Assembly (NCBI RefSeq): GCF_964204645.1
Contig: NC_134036.1
Span: 8,951,677 to 8,969,658, forward strand
DNA length: 17,982 bases
Direction of reading: 5' to 3'
Source of the DNA: Tubulanus polymorphus
Taxonomy: Eukaryota; Animalia; Nemertea
Made by a program: the position numbers and the translations under genes. Below, piece after piece: positions 1 through 8,919 of the stretch (position 1 is the first letter of the stretch; the number at the start of each line of letters is the position of its first letter). A model generated the notes under the pieces. The model was not told where the DNA came from and ran no database searches. It saw nothing but the letters and a program-made list of their open reading frames with translations.

Positions 1-1148
1 AAGATTTAGGCAATAGGTCGAAATACTATTGCTTTGATTAGTCTAAACGCGATTCGACAATTAAGATTAAACTCATTGGCATCTTAGGTCGGTTGTAAAC
101 TCTGTCCGCATCACGAAGATAGAAAGGGGAATGAAATATCGAAATCATTTTGGTAGGTTCGATATGTTTGCCTTCAGATGAGCAGGCTTACCTGTTTTCG
201 AAACCATCCTCTTTGGGAATGGACATCTTTGGCTGCAGTTCAAAATCTATAAATAGTAGATATATTGATAATAATCAGGGTTTATTAGAATGTGTAAAAA
301 TGTTATTCCTGGGCATGATAAATTATTTATACATTTTGATGTTGTGAGCTTATTCACTAATGTTACTTTTAAACCTTCTATTGGTTTTCTTAGGAGCAAG
401 TTACCGACTTCCGATTTTCATTTTGATAAAAACACAAGGGATACCGTAGAAATCGCAGATTACCGATTGTCTCTTGGATTTAATCGAGCTTTGTACAAAA
501 AAACTCATATTTTCTATTCGGTTCTATTTTTTTAAACAGAGTTTTAGTATGGCTATGGGGAATACAATCACCCCTGTTTTAGCTGGTTTATTTTTGGAAC
601 ACGTTGTAAGCAAAAGTTCTTCCTCTTTACAATGAAAGTAGACTCAAACATTGGCGACGTTACGTTGATGATATTCTTCGGTTAGTTTCCTCCGAGTTCA
701 ATTTGATTAGGTTCTTACATTGTTTGAACTCTTTATATATCCTACTCTAAATTTCGATTTAAGTCGGATGAAAATAAAATCTAACCATTTGATACTATTT
801 TGCTCCTTAGTGAACGCGTATTTCCTATAGTAATTTTGAAATGTTACCCCCTAAGCATACGGAACTTTACAGTGACAATGTTTTTGAAAGTCACACGTCG
901 CCATAAATTTTCATTTCAAATAGTTTAGTACCGGCGTCAACAATTTCAATATAACGCGATGACTGGTATAGCACGTATCTGGATGTGCCCTCGGTCACAA
1001 TACTTTTATAACAGACCCGTAGCCGGAGATTTTGAAATTTTGAAAAGGAAAGTTGGCTTCAAAAAGAGTTTGATATCAACTACCCAGAGTCTGATAACAA
1101 CTGGCCCATATTTCAAAGATTTAGGCAATAGGTCGAAATACTATTGCA
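1..1148 (+). repeat. ~1115-bp composite repeat unit containing a Penelope-like RT fragment (sense copy)
   Basis: Bases 1-32 (aagatttaggcaataggtcgaaatactattgc) recur from 1116, giving a period of about 1115 bp. The same segments recur in reverse complement within 5183-8250. Confidence 0.85.
250..780 (+). pseudogene. Penelope-like element (PLE) reverse transcriptase fragment, frameshifted
   Basis: Translation across frameshifts gives HFDVVSLFTNV (~332-364), FFKQSFSMAMGNTITPVLAGLFLEHV (~528-606) and WRRYVDDIL (652-678). These match PLE RT motifs (SFDVxSLFTNV, GxAMGSPxSPxLA, WxRYVDD). No GIY-YIG domain seen. Confidence 0.85.
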
Positions 1149-1240
1149 AAAAGTTGAAAATTCAGAAAATATTTACATTAACAACTGAAGTCATCATCAA
1201 TCCTCCTTGAAAAACATCCCCGTAACAAACGACTTAAAAT
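1149..1240 (+). repeat. Isolated partial monomer of the ~154-bp satellite
   Basis: gttgaaaattcagaaaatatttacattaacaactgaagtcatcatcaatcctccttg...catcccc.gtaacaaacgact matches the monomers at 11041-14406. Confidence 0.9.
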
Positions 1241-1331
1241 TTATAAGTACAGAAAAATGGAAAAAATGATTTATTAAAATCATGTGCTAATCGAATTTAA
1301 AGATTAAAAGTTATTTTTAAATGTTTTTTCA

Positions 1332-1697
1332 TTAAAAGATAGAATAAAATCATTATTTAAATTAGAAGCTATAACAATTCTTTCAATTCTAACAGCTTTA
1401 ACTATGGAATTTACAACAATTAGTTTAGCTATATCAAATTCATTAAAATCTATACCAAGACCTAAACTCCCAGATAAACCGCCAGATAAAGTTAAAGATG
1501 GTCTAAAGAAGTTAGCAAAATATTTATGGGAATTATCTAAAAAATTATTACCTGGAATTATAGCATCAATTGATAGTTTTATTTTAAAGTCTGCTGGAAA
1601 TATGATTAGTTTTGCTGCTGAACTTATAATTGTATTTTTAATTACAGTTGTTAGTGCTATTATTTTCGGATTGGTAAATATGATAAAAGGTAGATAA
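1332..1697 (+). pseudogene. C-terminal part of a conserved Polinton/adintovirus predicted membrane-active protein
   Basis: The frame is open upstream of the annotated ATG: LKDRIKSLFKLEAITILSILTALTMEFTTISLAI, a Pro-rich linker, amphipathic VKDGLKKLAKYLWELSKK, LPGIIASIDSFILKSAG, and a hydrophobic C-terminus. From memory this resembles a protein encoded next to the capsid gene in animal Polintons. Apparently 5'-truncated. Confidence 0.6.
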
Positions 1698-1724
1698 TTA
1701 AGTTCTTTTCTTAATAACTGGTGA

Positions 1725-2060
1725 ATGGAAAATACATATATCCTTCAAATAATTCGAGAATATCTAATGCAAATTAAGCAGAACGTTATCATCATATAAT
1801 TACTCAATCCTTCAAATATTAATCCAAGTGAAACTTTATATGTTAGAATTCCTAGATTAAATCAAAATACTCTTCACATTTATCAAACAGTATGTATTTA
1901 TCAGCTGATATAGAATTAACTAGAAATAATAATAATTATGTTGTAGATAATGTTGGTAGATACTTAATACAATAATTTACTATGAAAATTGAACCGGAAA
2001 CTGTTTTTACAATAGATGATTATAATTTATTTGCACATTATAATGATTTATGGAAAAATA
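1725..2060 (+). pseudogene. Polinton double jelly-roll major capsid protein, 5' part
   Basis: Across frameshifts: AERYHHIIT.NPSNINPSETLYVRIPRL...YVVDNVGRYLIQ*FTMKIEPETVFTIDDYNLFAHYNDLWK. Matches the Polinton MCP pattern NPSxI...LxVRxPxL...NxGR...IDD...YxDLWK. Confidence 0.8.
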
Positions 2061-3156
2061 AATTGCCCATGGGCAAAGTGTGGTTTACCGTGAAAGCTAG
2101 AGGTTGTTTTGAGTAAGGGCATTGCTTGAAAAAATCTTTTTAACTTGTGACTTCAAAGTTCTAGAAGTTTTTATTGTATTTCATCTTTCTTAAATGATTA
2201 TTTTGTAGTCAAATAAGACCAAAGATAAATATTTGTTTATGGTCTACCTCCAAAAATTCGTAGGGTACAGGTAGGCGCGGCAGGGGAACTATTCTATATT
2301 TTCAAAAAAATATTTTTCACGTTATGAAAAAAATATTCGAATAAAATTCATATGATGTCACATGTCAGAGGGTGGCTGAGAGTCTTGGGGACGAAACCTC
2401 TTCAATGTACGGCTTAAACACCGGGGCGTAGATCGTTTTAAATCCTGGAATTTACCACGACAATAATATTCAGACTTCGACCTATACCTATAGTTTGCTG
2501 CTTAGTATTTCCAGGTCACAAGAAATTACGATTTATTACAATTTCTATCAAACAGAAAACACAGCGCTCATCTTCTGCTACGACGAGCAGCCTGTTGTGT
2601 TATCATACCAAGCGTGCACGCGCCAAGCAGCTTTACAGCATCGCCATATAGTAGTCTGTATGTGTGTATGTGTGTGCAACAGTCTAGTGTTTAGCACTCC
2701 CGTCCCGCGCACATGTGGAGGCCTTGTGTAGTGAACGTTCGCTTCACTTCAATCTCAATCAACACAATCACTGGGTATTAAAATGAAACAATACCTATGG
2801 CGATATGTGAAATAATTTCTCACCGGCAATGAGCATTCAAAATTCGCACACATCTAGTCCAATGAAACGTTCGCCATAAATGGCTTCCCCATAACTATTT
2901 TAGTAGTGCCGTAATTCTCCGTATATCCCAAAAGCAGCCAATCACATTCGCTCTTAGAGACGACGCCCCTCAATCGAGTTCATTGCAATTTTATACGCAA
3001 GAGCTAAGAATTTTCCCGCACAAGACAGTTTTTCGTCGAATTTAAACAAAGTTTATGTCATCGACGGAGGTTTGTCATGTCTTCAATCGAATCGATTACA
3101 CGTCGTTTAACCCGAGAACCAAAGAAAAAAATGCTCACATAAAAAAAGTACCGCGA
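2061..3156. mobile_element. Unclassified ~1.1-kb non-coding insertion interrupting the capsid gene
   Basis: More GC-rich than the flanking viral DNA. Begins with the perfect palindrome TTGCCCATGGGCAA (2063-2076) and has a TG-rich tract near 2657-2677. Capsid homology stops and resumes at its edges. No TIR or TSD found. Confidence 0.6.
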
Positions 3157-3736
3157 TTTTTATATAAATATGCAATTCAAGAAGATATAATATTTGAAAT
3201 AACTTTTGCTCCTGTAAATGAAATAGTATTATCTAGTGTAATTAAAGATATGGGTTATAAATTATCGAATATATGTTAAGAATATGATAAAGTAAAACTG
3301 GAACTATGCAAGTGATGAAATAATAAATGAAAATGTTGACTTTCCTACAAGATCTATTAACTCTTTTAATGCAATTAATGAAATAATGAATGAAAATGTT
3401 GTCTTTCCTAGAAGATCTATTAAAGATATTTTATTATTTATAAGTAAAGTATATGCTAATGGCACAATAGATGTTGATAATTGTTATAATCCCGAAATAT
3501 TAAAAGTAGAAATTACAATTGAAGGTACAGCAAATAGAATATTTTGTCAAGGAATGAGAATAATACATCAATGGGTAGAAATTTTAAAAAAATCGTCTAA
3601 AGATTGTAATATTGATCAAATTGAATATTATAATGGTAATAAATTTGCATTATGGGTAGATTTTGGAACAACTGAAGATAACTTGTTACATGGTTCGGGG
3701 AAAAAATTGGAAATACAAAAGATGGAATACAATTAA
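3157..3736 (+). pseudogene. Polinton major capsid protein, 3' part
   Basis: FLYKYAIQEDIIFEITF...YKLSNIC*EYDKV, then FPRRSIKDILL...YNPEILKVEITIEGTANRIFCQGMR...KFALWVDFGTTEDNLLHGSGKK, typical of the Polinton MCP C-terminal half. Contains a 46-bp local duplication (3315-3360 and 3378-3423). Confidence 0.8.
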
Positions 3737-3796
3737 ACATGATCACATTTAGATATTATTCAATATTAATAATATAGAAATAATATTAATGATATA

Positions 3797-3804
3797 TATA
3801 AATG
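3797..3804 (+). promoter_or_regulatory. TATAAATG motif overlapping the integrase start codon (also at 4921-4928 and 14901-14908)
   Basis: The identical octamer includes the ATG of three viral genes. Confidence 0.5.
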
Positions 3805-4332
3805 GGGAATAAAAAATATCGTAATCCTAAAGAACAGCATTTAAGAAATTTGTATTACAATCCTAAGAGCTCAGTTCCCTATTCTTCTGTAAAAAATATA
3901 TGGCGCCAAGTAAAAAAAGATAAATTAAATAAGATAACCCCACAAAATTTAGTTAGATATAAAGATATAAGATATAACGTTAGAACTACCAACATACAAC
4001 ATACAACGCATTAAAAAATTCAAACTCGTAAAACTATGGTTAGTTATATAGATCACATATGGCAGGGAGATTTTAATGATATTAAAAATCTTTAAAAAGA
4101 TAATAATGATTATTAGTTGATATTGAATATAATTGATTTTTTAGTCGTTATGTATGGAGTTTCCCACTATCCAGAAAAGATGCTGTACAAACTTCAAAAG
4201 TTTTAAGAAAATTGCTTTCAGGTACAGCGAAACCAGAAAAAATACAGTTTGATAATGGAAAAGAATTTGATAATTCATTTGTTCATGGACTCTTGGATTA
4301 TCATAATATTAAATATTTTTCAAAAAAAAAAT

Positions 4333-4375
<43 letters not shown>

Positions 4376-4925
4376 TTAAGAACAAGAATGTGGAAATATT
4401 TTACAGCAAATAATACTTTTAAATGGATTGATATTTTTACCAAGATTTATAGAAGGATATAACAATTATTATCATTCGTCTATTGGGATGAAACCTATTG
4501 ATGATAGAAAATCCGAAAATGCTGAAATTGTTTGGAATAATTTATATGGAGCATTTCTTGTAGGTGATTTTGGTGAACCTACATATATAAAGCTGGTCAA
4601 TATGTTAGAATTTCAAAGTATGAAAAAAATATTTGATAAAGGGTAAGATCGGAATTTTTTCTAGAGATATATATAGTATAAGACAAGTTATAACAACAAA
4701 ACCATATGTCTATAAATTAGTAGATTTTGATGGTGAAGAATTTGATTGGTAGTATATGAAGACGAATTAAGTTTAACTACTGAAAAACTAGAACAAGAAT
4801 ATAAAATTTAAAAAAAAAATATTAAATAAAACTGTTAATAGAAAAAAATATTCTTTAGTAAAATGAGTTGATGGCCCGATAAATTTAATGAATTGATATC
4901 ATTGAGTGAAATTAAAAATATATAA
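3802..4925 (+). pseudogene. Polinton retroviral-type (DDE/rve) integrase with C-terminal chromodomain
   Basis: LRNLYYNPKS; DHIWQGD; IIDxFSRYVWSFPL; KPEKIQFDNGKEF; WKYFTANNTFKWID; YNNYYHSSIGMKP; C-terminal FLVK*x(G)WPDKFNELI. Multiple stops and frameshifts. Confidence 0.9.
4333..4374 (+). repeat. (CAG)14 microsatellite preceded by an A10 run
   Basis: Perfect 42-bp trinucleotide tract inside the integrase remnant. Confidence 0.98.
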
Positions 4926-5182
4926 ATGAATAAGGAATTATTTATATTTGAACCTCATAATATGTTAATTTCTGGTGTAACAAAATGTAACAAAAACTTA
5001 TTTTTATATTGAATTCATTAGAAACTGTTTATGAAAACTATTTTGATATAATAGTATTATTTTGTCCAACATATGAATTTGATCAAACTTATAATAGAAC
5101 ATTACTAGAAATAATAAAATTATTGTATTAGATGCTATAACAGTTAAAGAAAAATTTAGATGATTGTATTAAAATAGCAATT
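4926..5182 (+). pseudogene. A32/FtsK-like genome packaging ATPase, 5' fragment
   Basis: MNKELFIFEPHNMLISGVTKCNK(T)YFIL...YFDIIVLFCPTY shows a degenerate Walker A and the IxxxCPT motif of Polinton ATPases. Frameshifted, and truncated at 5183 by the antisense PLE fragment. Confidence 0.8.
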
Positions 5183-5299
5183 GAAAATCCATAGAAGGTT
5201 TAAAAGTAACATTAGTGAATAAGCTCGCAACATCAAAATATACAGATAATCTATCATGCCAGGAATAACATTTTTTGACATTCTAATAAATGCTGATTA
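5183..5299 (-). repeat. Antisense PLE RT fragment
   Basis: Reverse complement of about 272-390 (FDVASLFTNV region). Confidence 0.85.
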
Positions 5300-5688
5300 T
5301 GAATTAAGCGGGCATTCATAAATGAGAAACGCAACGATGACAGAGTTTCTGCCAAATATTTAGAGAGTCGATAAGATGGTGAATCGCAATATGATATGCT
5401 CGGTCGTGGCGGAATATTCTTCATATAATGTTTGAAAGTCCGCAGAGATAAGGAAGCGACGGTAAGCGTTTTGAAACATCATAATCTGTGTAATTCGCAA
5501 TAATGTCCGAAAGTCCAATGAATTTGCTTTGCATAATTTCTGACGGGTTGATTTAGTGTTTTTTTTTTTGTATACACGTCTTGGTTGGTTGTTGAGATCT
5601 GTACTTCAAAATCATATGACTCAATATGCTCAAACTCATTGCGGTTTCAAAATAATAAATTTAATCATATAAAATTTGAAGTATAGGA
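5300..5688 (-). mobile_element. Helitron-like non-autonomous element, shortened copy 1
   Basis: Homologous to about 8590-8919. The minus-strand start reads A|TCCTATAC. Sits at a site that is empty in the unit copies near 272 and 7578. Confidence 0.5.
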
Positions 5689-7029
5689 TTTATCTATTTA
5701 TCAGCATATCCACTATTTACAGATCCTACATTTTGAACTGTAGCCAAAGATCTCCATTCCCAAATAGGGTGGTTTCCTTAAGAGGTAAAACTGCTTAACT
5801 GGAAAGCAAATATATCGAAACTATCAAAATAATTTTGATATTTCATTTCCCTTTCTACCTTCATGATGCGGAAAGAGTTTTCAACCGACATAAGATGCCA
5901 ATGAGTTTAATCTTAATTGTCGAATCGCGTTAAGACTGATTAAAGCAATAGTATTCTGGCCTATTGCCTAAATCTTTGAAATATGGCCCAGTTGATATCA
6001 AACTCTGGGTAGTCGATATCAAACTCCAACTTTCCTTTTCAAAACTTGTGGCAAGAATATCAAAATCCCCGGCTACGGGTATGTAATGTAAGTATTGAGA
6101 CCAACAGCACAACCAGGTACGTGCAATACCAGTCATCGCGTTATATTGAAATGGTTGACGCCGGTACTAAACTATTTGAAATCAAAATTCATTGACAATT
6201 TATTTGACAATTTATGGCGACGTGTGACTTTCAAAAACATTGCACCGTAAAGTTGCGTATACTTAGGTAAGAATTGCTATAGCAAATACACGTTCACTTA
6301 TGAGCGAAATAGTATCAAATGGTTAGATTTTATTTTTATCCCACTTAAATCGAAATTTAGAGTAGGTTCCTTCATTATTTGAACTATTTGTATATCCTAA
6401 TCAAATTGAAATCGGCGGAAACTAACCGAAGAAAATCATCAACGTAACGTCGCCAAAGTTTGGGTCTACATTCAGTGTGAAGAGGAAGAACTTTGCTTCA
6501 ACGTGTTCCAAAAATAAACCAGATAAAACAGGGGTAATTGTTAACGTGATAAAACTACGCAATAAATCGCGAGACACGAAAATTATCCCACAATCACAAG
6601 TTCGAAAAAGATTTTAAAACATCAAAACTATAAAGAATTTATTAAAAACTGGAATTTTCGGTTTTATCCTAAAAACCATTCTCAAGAGTGACTAACTATA
6701 TGATATTTCACAGTATATATATATCAGGGGTGATTGTATTCCCCATAGCCATGTTAAAAGTCTGTTTAAAAAAATTAGAACCAAATAGAAAATATGAGTT
6801 TTTTGTACAAAGCTCAATTAAATCCAAGAGACAATCACTATCTGCGATTTCTACGGTATGCCTTGTGTTTTTATCAAAATGAAAATAAGAAGTAGGTAAC
6901 TTTCTCCTAAGAAAATCCATAGTAGGTTTGAAAGTAACATAAATGAATAAACTCGCAACATCAAAATATATGAATAATTTATCATGCCCAGGAATAACAT
7001 TTTTAGACATTCTAATAAACCTTGATTAA
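5689..7029 (-). repeat. Antisense, near full-length permuted copy of the PLE-containing unit
   Basis: Reverse complement of 272->1, then 1115->275, including the WRRYVDD, MAMG and FDVASLF motifs. Interrupted at 6542-6724. Confidence 0.85.
6542..6724 (+). mobile_element. 183-bp insertion with (TA)n tail and 13-bp target-site duplication
   Basis: Flanked by caggggtaattgt (6529-6541) and caggggtgattgt (6725-6737). The site is single-copy in the uninterrupted units (~564-576, ~7993-8005). Ends in tatatatatat. Confidence 0.75.
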
Positions 7030-7031
7030 GA

Positions 7032-7479
7032 CTAAGTCATCTTCACCCGTCAAGGGAGTCGAACCCACTACGCTAAAGCCGTTACCCGAACCCCTTGACC
7101 TAATAAGTCGTTTTTGTCGTGATAAGCCGACGTCGGGCCAATCACAACGCTTGTAACAAACGACAGTAGACTTCCTTAAAAATTCCCGTTTAGATGGACC
7201 AATCAGCGTGCATTTTACTGAACAAGGAAGTATTTCGCAAGTCGATATATGATGTCATGCGCAAAGCGCCAGTAAAGAAATCGCGCGTCGTGAGGCTAGA
7301 GGGCTGGTGGAAGCGAGTTCGGGGAGCTATACCGGACGCCTGGCAAGCGAGGATGGACGTAATTTGGCTTTCAAAAATGAGCCAAGAACCGATGACAGAG
7401 TTTTCGCCAAATTTGAATCGCAATTCGATATGATCGGTCATAGCGGAATATCCTTCTTATAATGTTTGAAAGTCCGCAG
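7032..7479 (-). mobile_element. Helitron-like non-autonomous element, copy 2 (truncated on the right)
   Basis: Colinear with about 8253-8685. Hairpin at 7049-7099, CCAAT boxes at 7138 and 7199. Confidence 0.5.
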
Positions 7480-8250
7480 TGACATTAGTGAATAAGCTCG
7501 CAACATCAAAATATATGAATAATTAATCATGCCCAGGAATAACATTTTTAGACAATTTCAGACTAATAAACCCTGATTATTCTCAATATATCCACTATTT
7601 ACAGATTTTGAACTGCAGCCAAAGATGTCCATTCCCAAATAGGATGGTTTCCAAAACAGGTAAGCCTGCTTATCTGAAGGCAAACATATCGAACCTACCA
7701 AAATGATTTCGATATTTCATTCCCCTTTCTATCTTCTTCATGATGCCGAAAGAGTTTACAACCGACATAAGATGCCAATGAGTTTAATCTTAATCGTCGA
7801 ATCGCGTTAAGACTAATCAAAGAAATAGTATTCCGACCTATTGCCTAAATCTTTGAAATATGGCCCAGTTGTTATCAGACTCTGGGTAGTTGATATCAAA
7901 CTCTTTTTGTAGACAACTTTCCTTTTCAAAATTTCAAAATTTCAAAATCCGTGTTCCGTCATCAACGTGTTCCAAAAATAAACCAGCTAAAACTGGGGTG
8001 ATTGTATAACCCATAGCCATACTAAAAGTCTGTTTAAAAAAAATTAGAACCAAGTAGAAAATATGAGTTTTTTGTACAAAGTTCGAATCAATCTAAGAGA
8101 CAATCACTATCTGCGATTTCTACGGTATCCCTTGTGTTTTTATCAAAATGAAAATCAGAAGTAGGTAACATTAGTGAATAAGCCCGCAACATCAGAAAAT
8201 ATAAATAATTTATCAGAACATTTTCAGACATTTTAATGAATCCTGATTAT
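7480..8250 (-). repeat. Antisense, internally deleted copies of the PLE-containing unit
   Basis: Reverse complement of about 365->1, 1115->1035 and 605->272, with deletions. There is a rearranged junction near 7950-7970. Confidence 0.85.
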
Positions 8251-8252
8251 GA

Positions 8253-8919
8253 CTAAGTCATTTTCACCCGTCAAGGGATTCGAACCCACTACGCTAAAGC
8301 CGTTACCCGAGCCCCTTGACCTAATGAGTCGTTTTAGTCGTTATTAACCGACTAGAATCATGTCGGGCCAATCACAGCGCTAGTAAGAAACGACATTTGA
8401 ATTCCCGTTCAGATGGACCAATCAGCGAGCATTTTACCGAACAAGGAAGTATTTCGCAAGTCGACATATGATGTCATGCGCAAAGCGCCAGTAATGAAAT
8501 CATCGTGAGGCCAGGGGGCTGGTGGAAGCCAGTTCGGGGAGCGATACCGGACCCCTGGCAAGCGAGGATGGACGTATTGAGGCTTTTGAAAATGAGCTGA
8601 CAGAGTTTACATTAAATTTGAATAGCAATTCCATATGATCGGTCGTAGCGGAATATCCTTCTTATAATCTTTGAAAGTCTGCAGAGATAAGGAAATGATG
8701 GTAACCATTTTTGAAAATTCGTTATTTTAATTCGCAGTCCGAAAGTCCTTTGAATTTGCTTTGCATGATTTCTGGCAGGTTTGATTTGAGTTTTTTTTTG
8801 TATACGCGTCTTGGTTGGTTGTTGAGATCTTGTATTTTAGAAGGATATGATTCAATATCCATAAACACATTTTGGTTTCAAAATAATAAATTTTATCTTA
8901 CAAAATTAGAATTATAGAA
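8253..8919 (-). mobile_element. Helitron-like non-autonomous element, longest copy 3
   Basis: The minus strand starts A|TTCTATA (TCCTATA in copy 1) and ends CTTAG|T, about 17 nt after a GC-rich hairpin (8270-8320). No TSD and no TIR. Repeat status is certain; the Helitron class is an inference. Confidence 0.5.

Larger units (their letters stand above)
1330..5182 (+). mobile_element. Decayed Polinton/Maverick (adintovirus-like) gene cluster
   Basis: Co-oriented remnants of capsid, DDE integrase and packaging ATPase genes, the hallmark Polinton set. Many stops and frameshifts. No termini identified. Confidence 0.85.

Noticed and set aside
2364-2401. Hammerhead-like motif CTGAGA-GTC..GAC-GAAAC
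   Set aside because: It has a stem II and GAAA but lacks N7 of CUGANGA, and I could not build stem I with a correctly placed NUH cleavage site. An Infernal search would settle it.
7190-7441. Overlapping antisense ORF pair (7190-7441 minus, 7194-7433 plus)
   Set aside because: The paralogous copy at about 8410-8640 has indels that break these frames, and no protein motif is recognisable.
8255-8330. Intact tRNA gene on the minus strand
   Set aside because: Only a T-arm/B-box is clear; no acceptor stem or anticodon arm can be formed. Kept as a hairpin finding instead.
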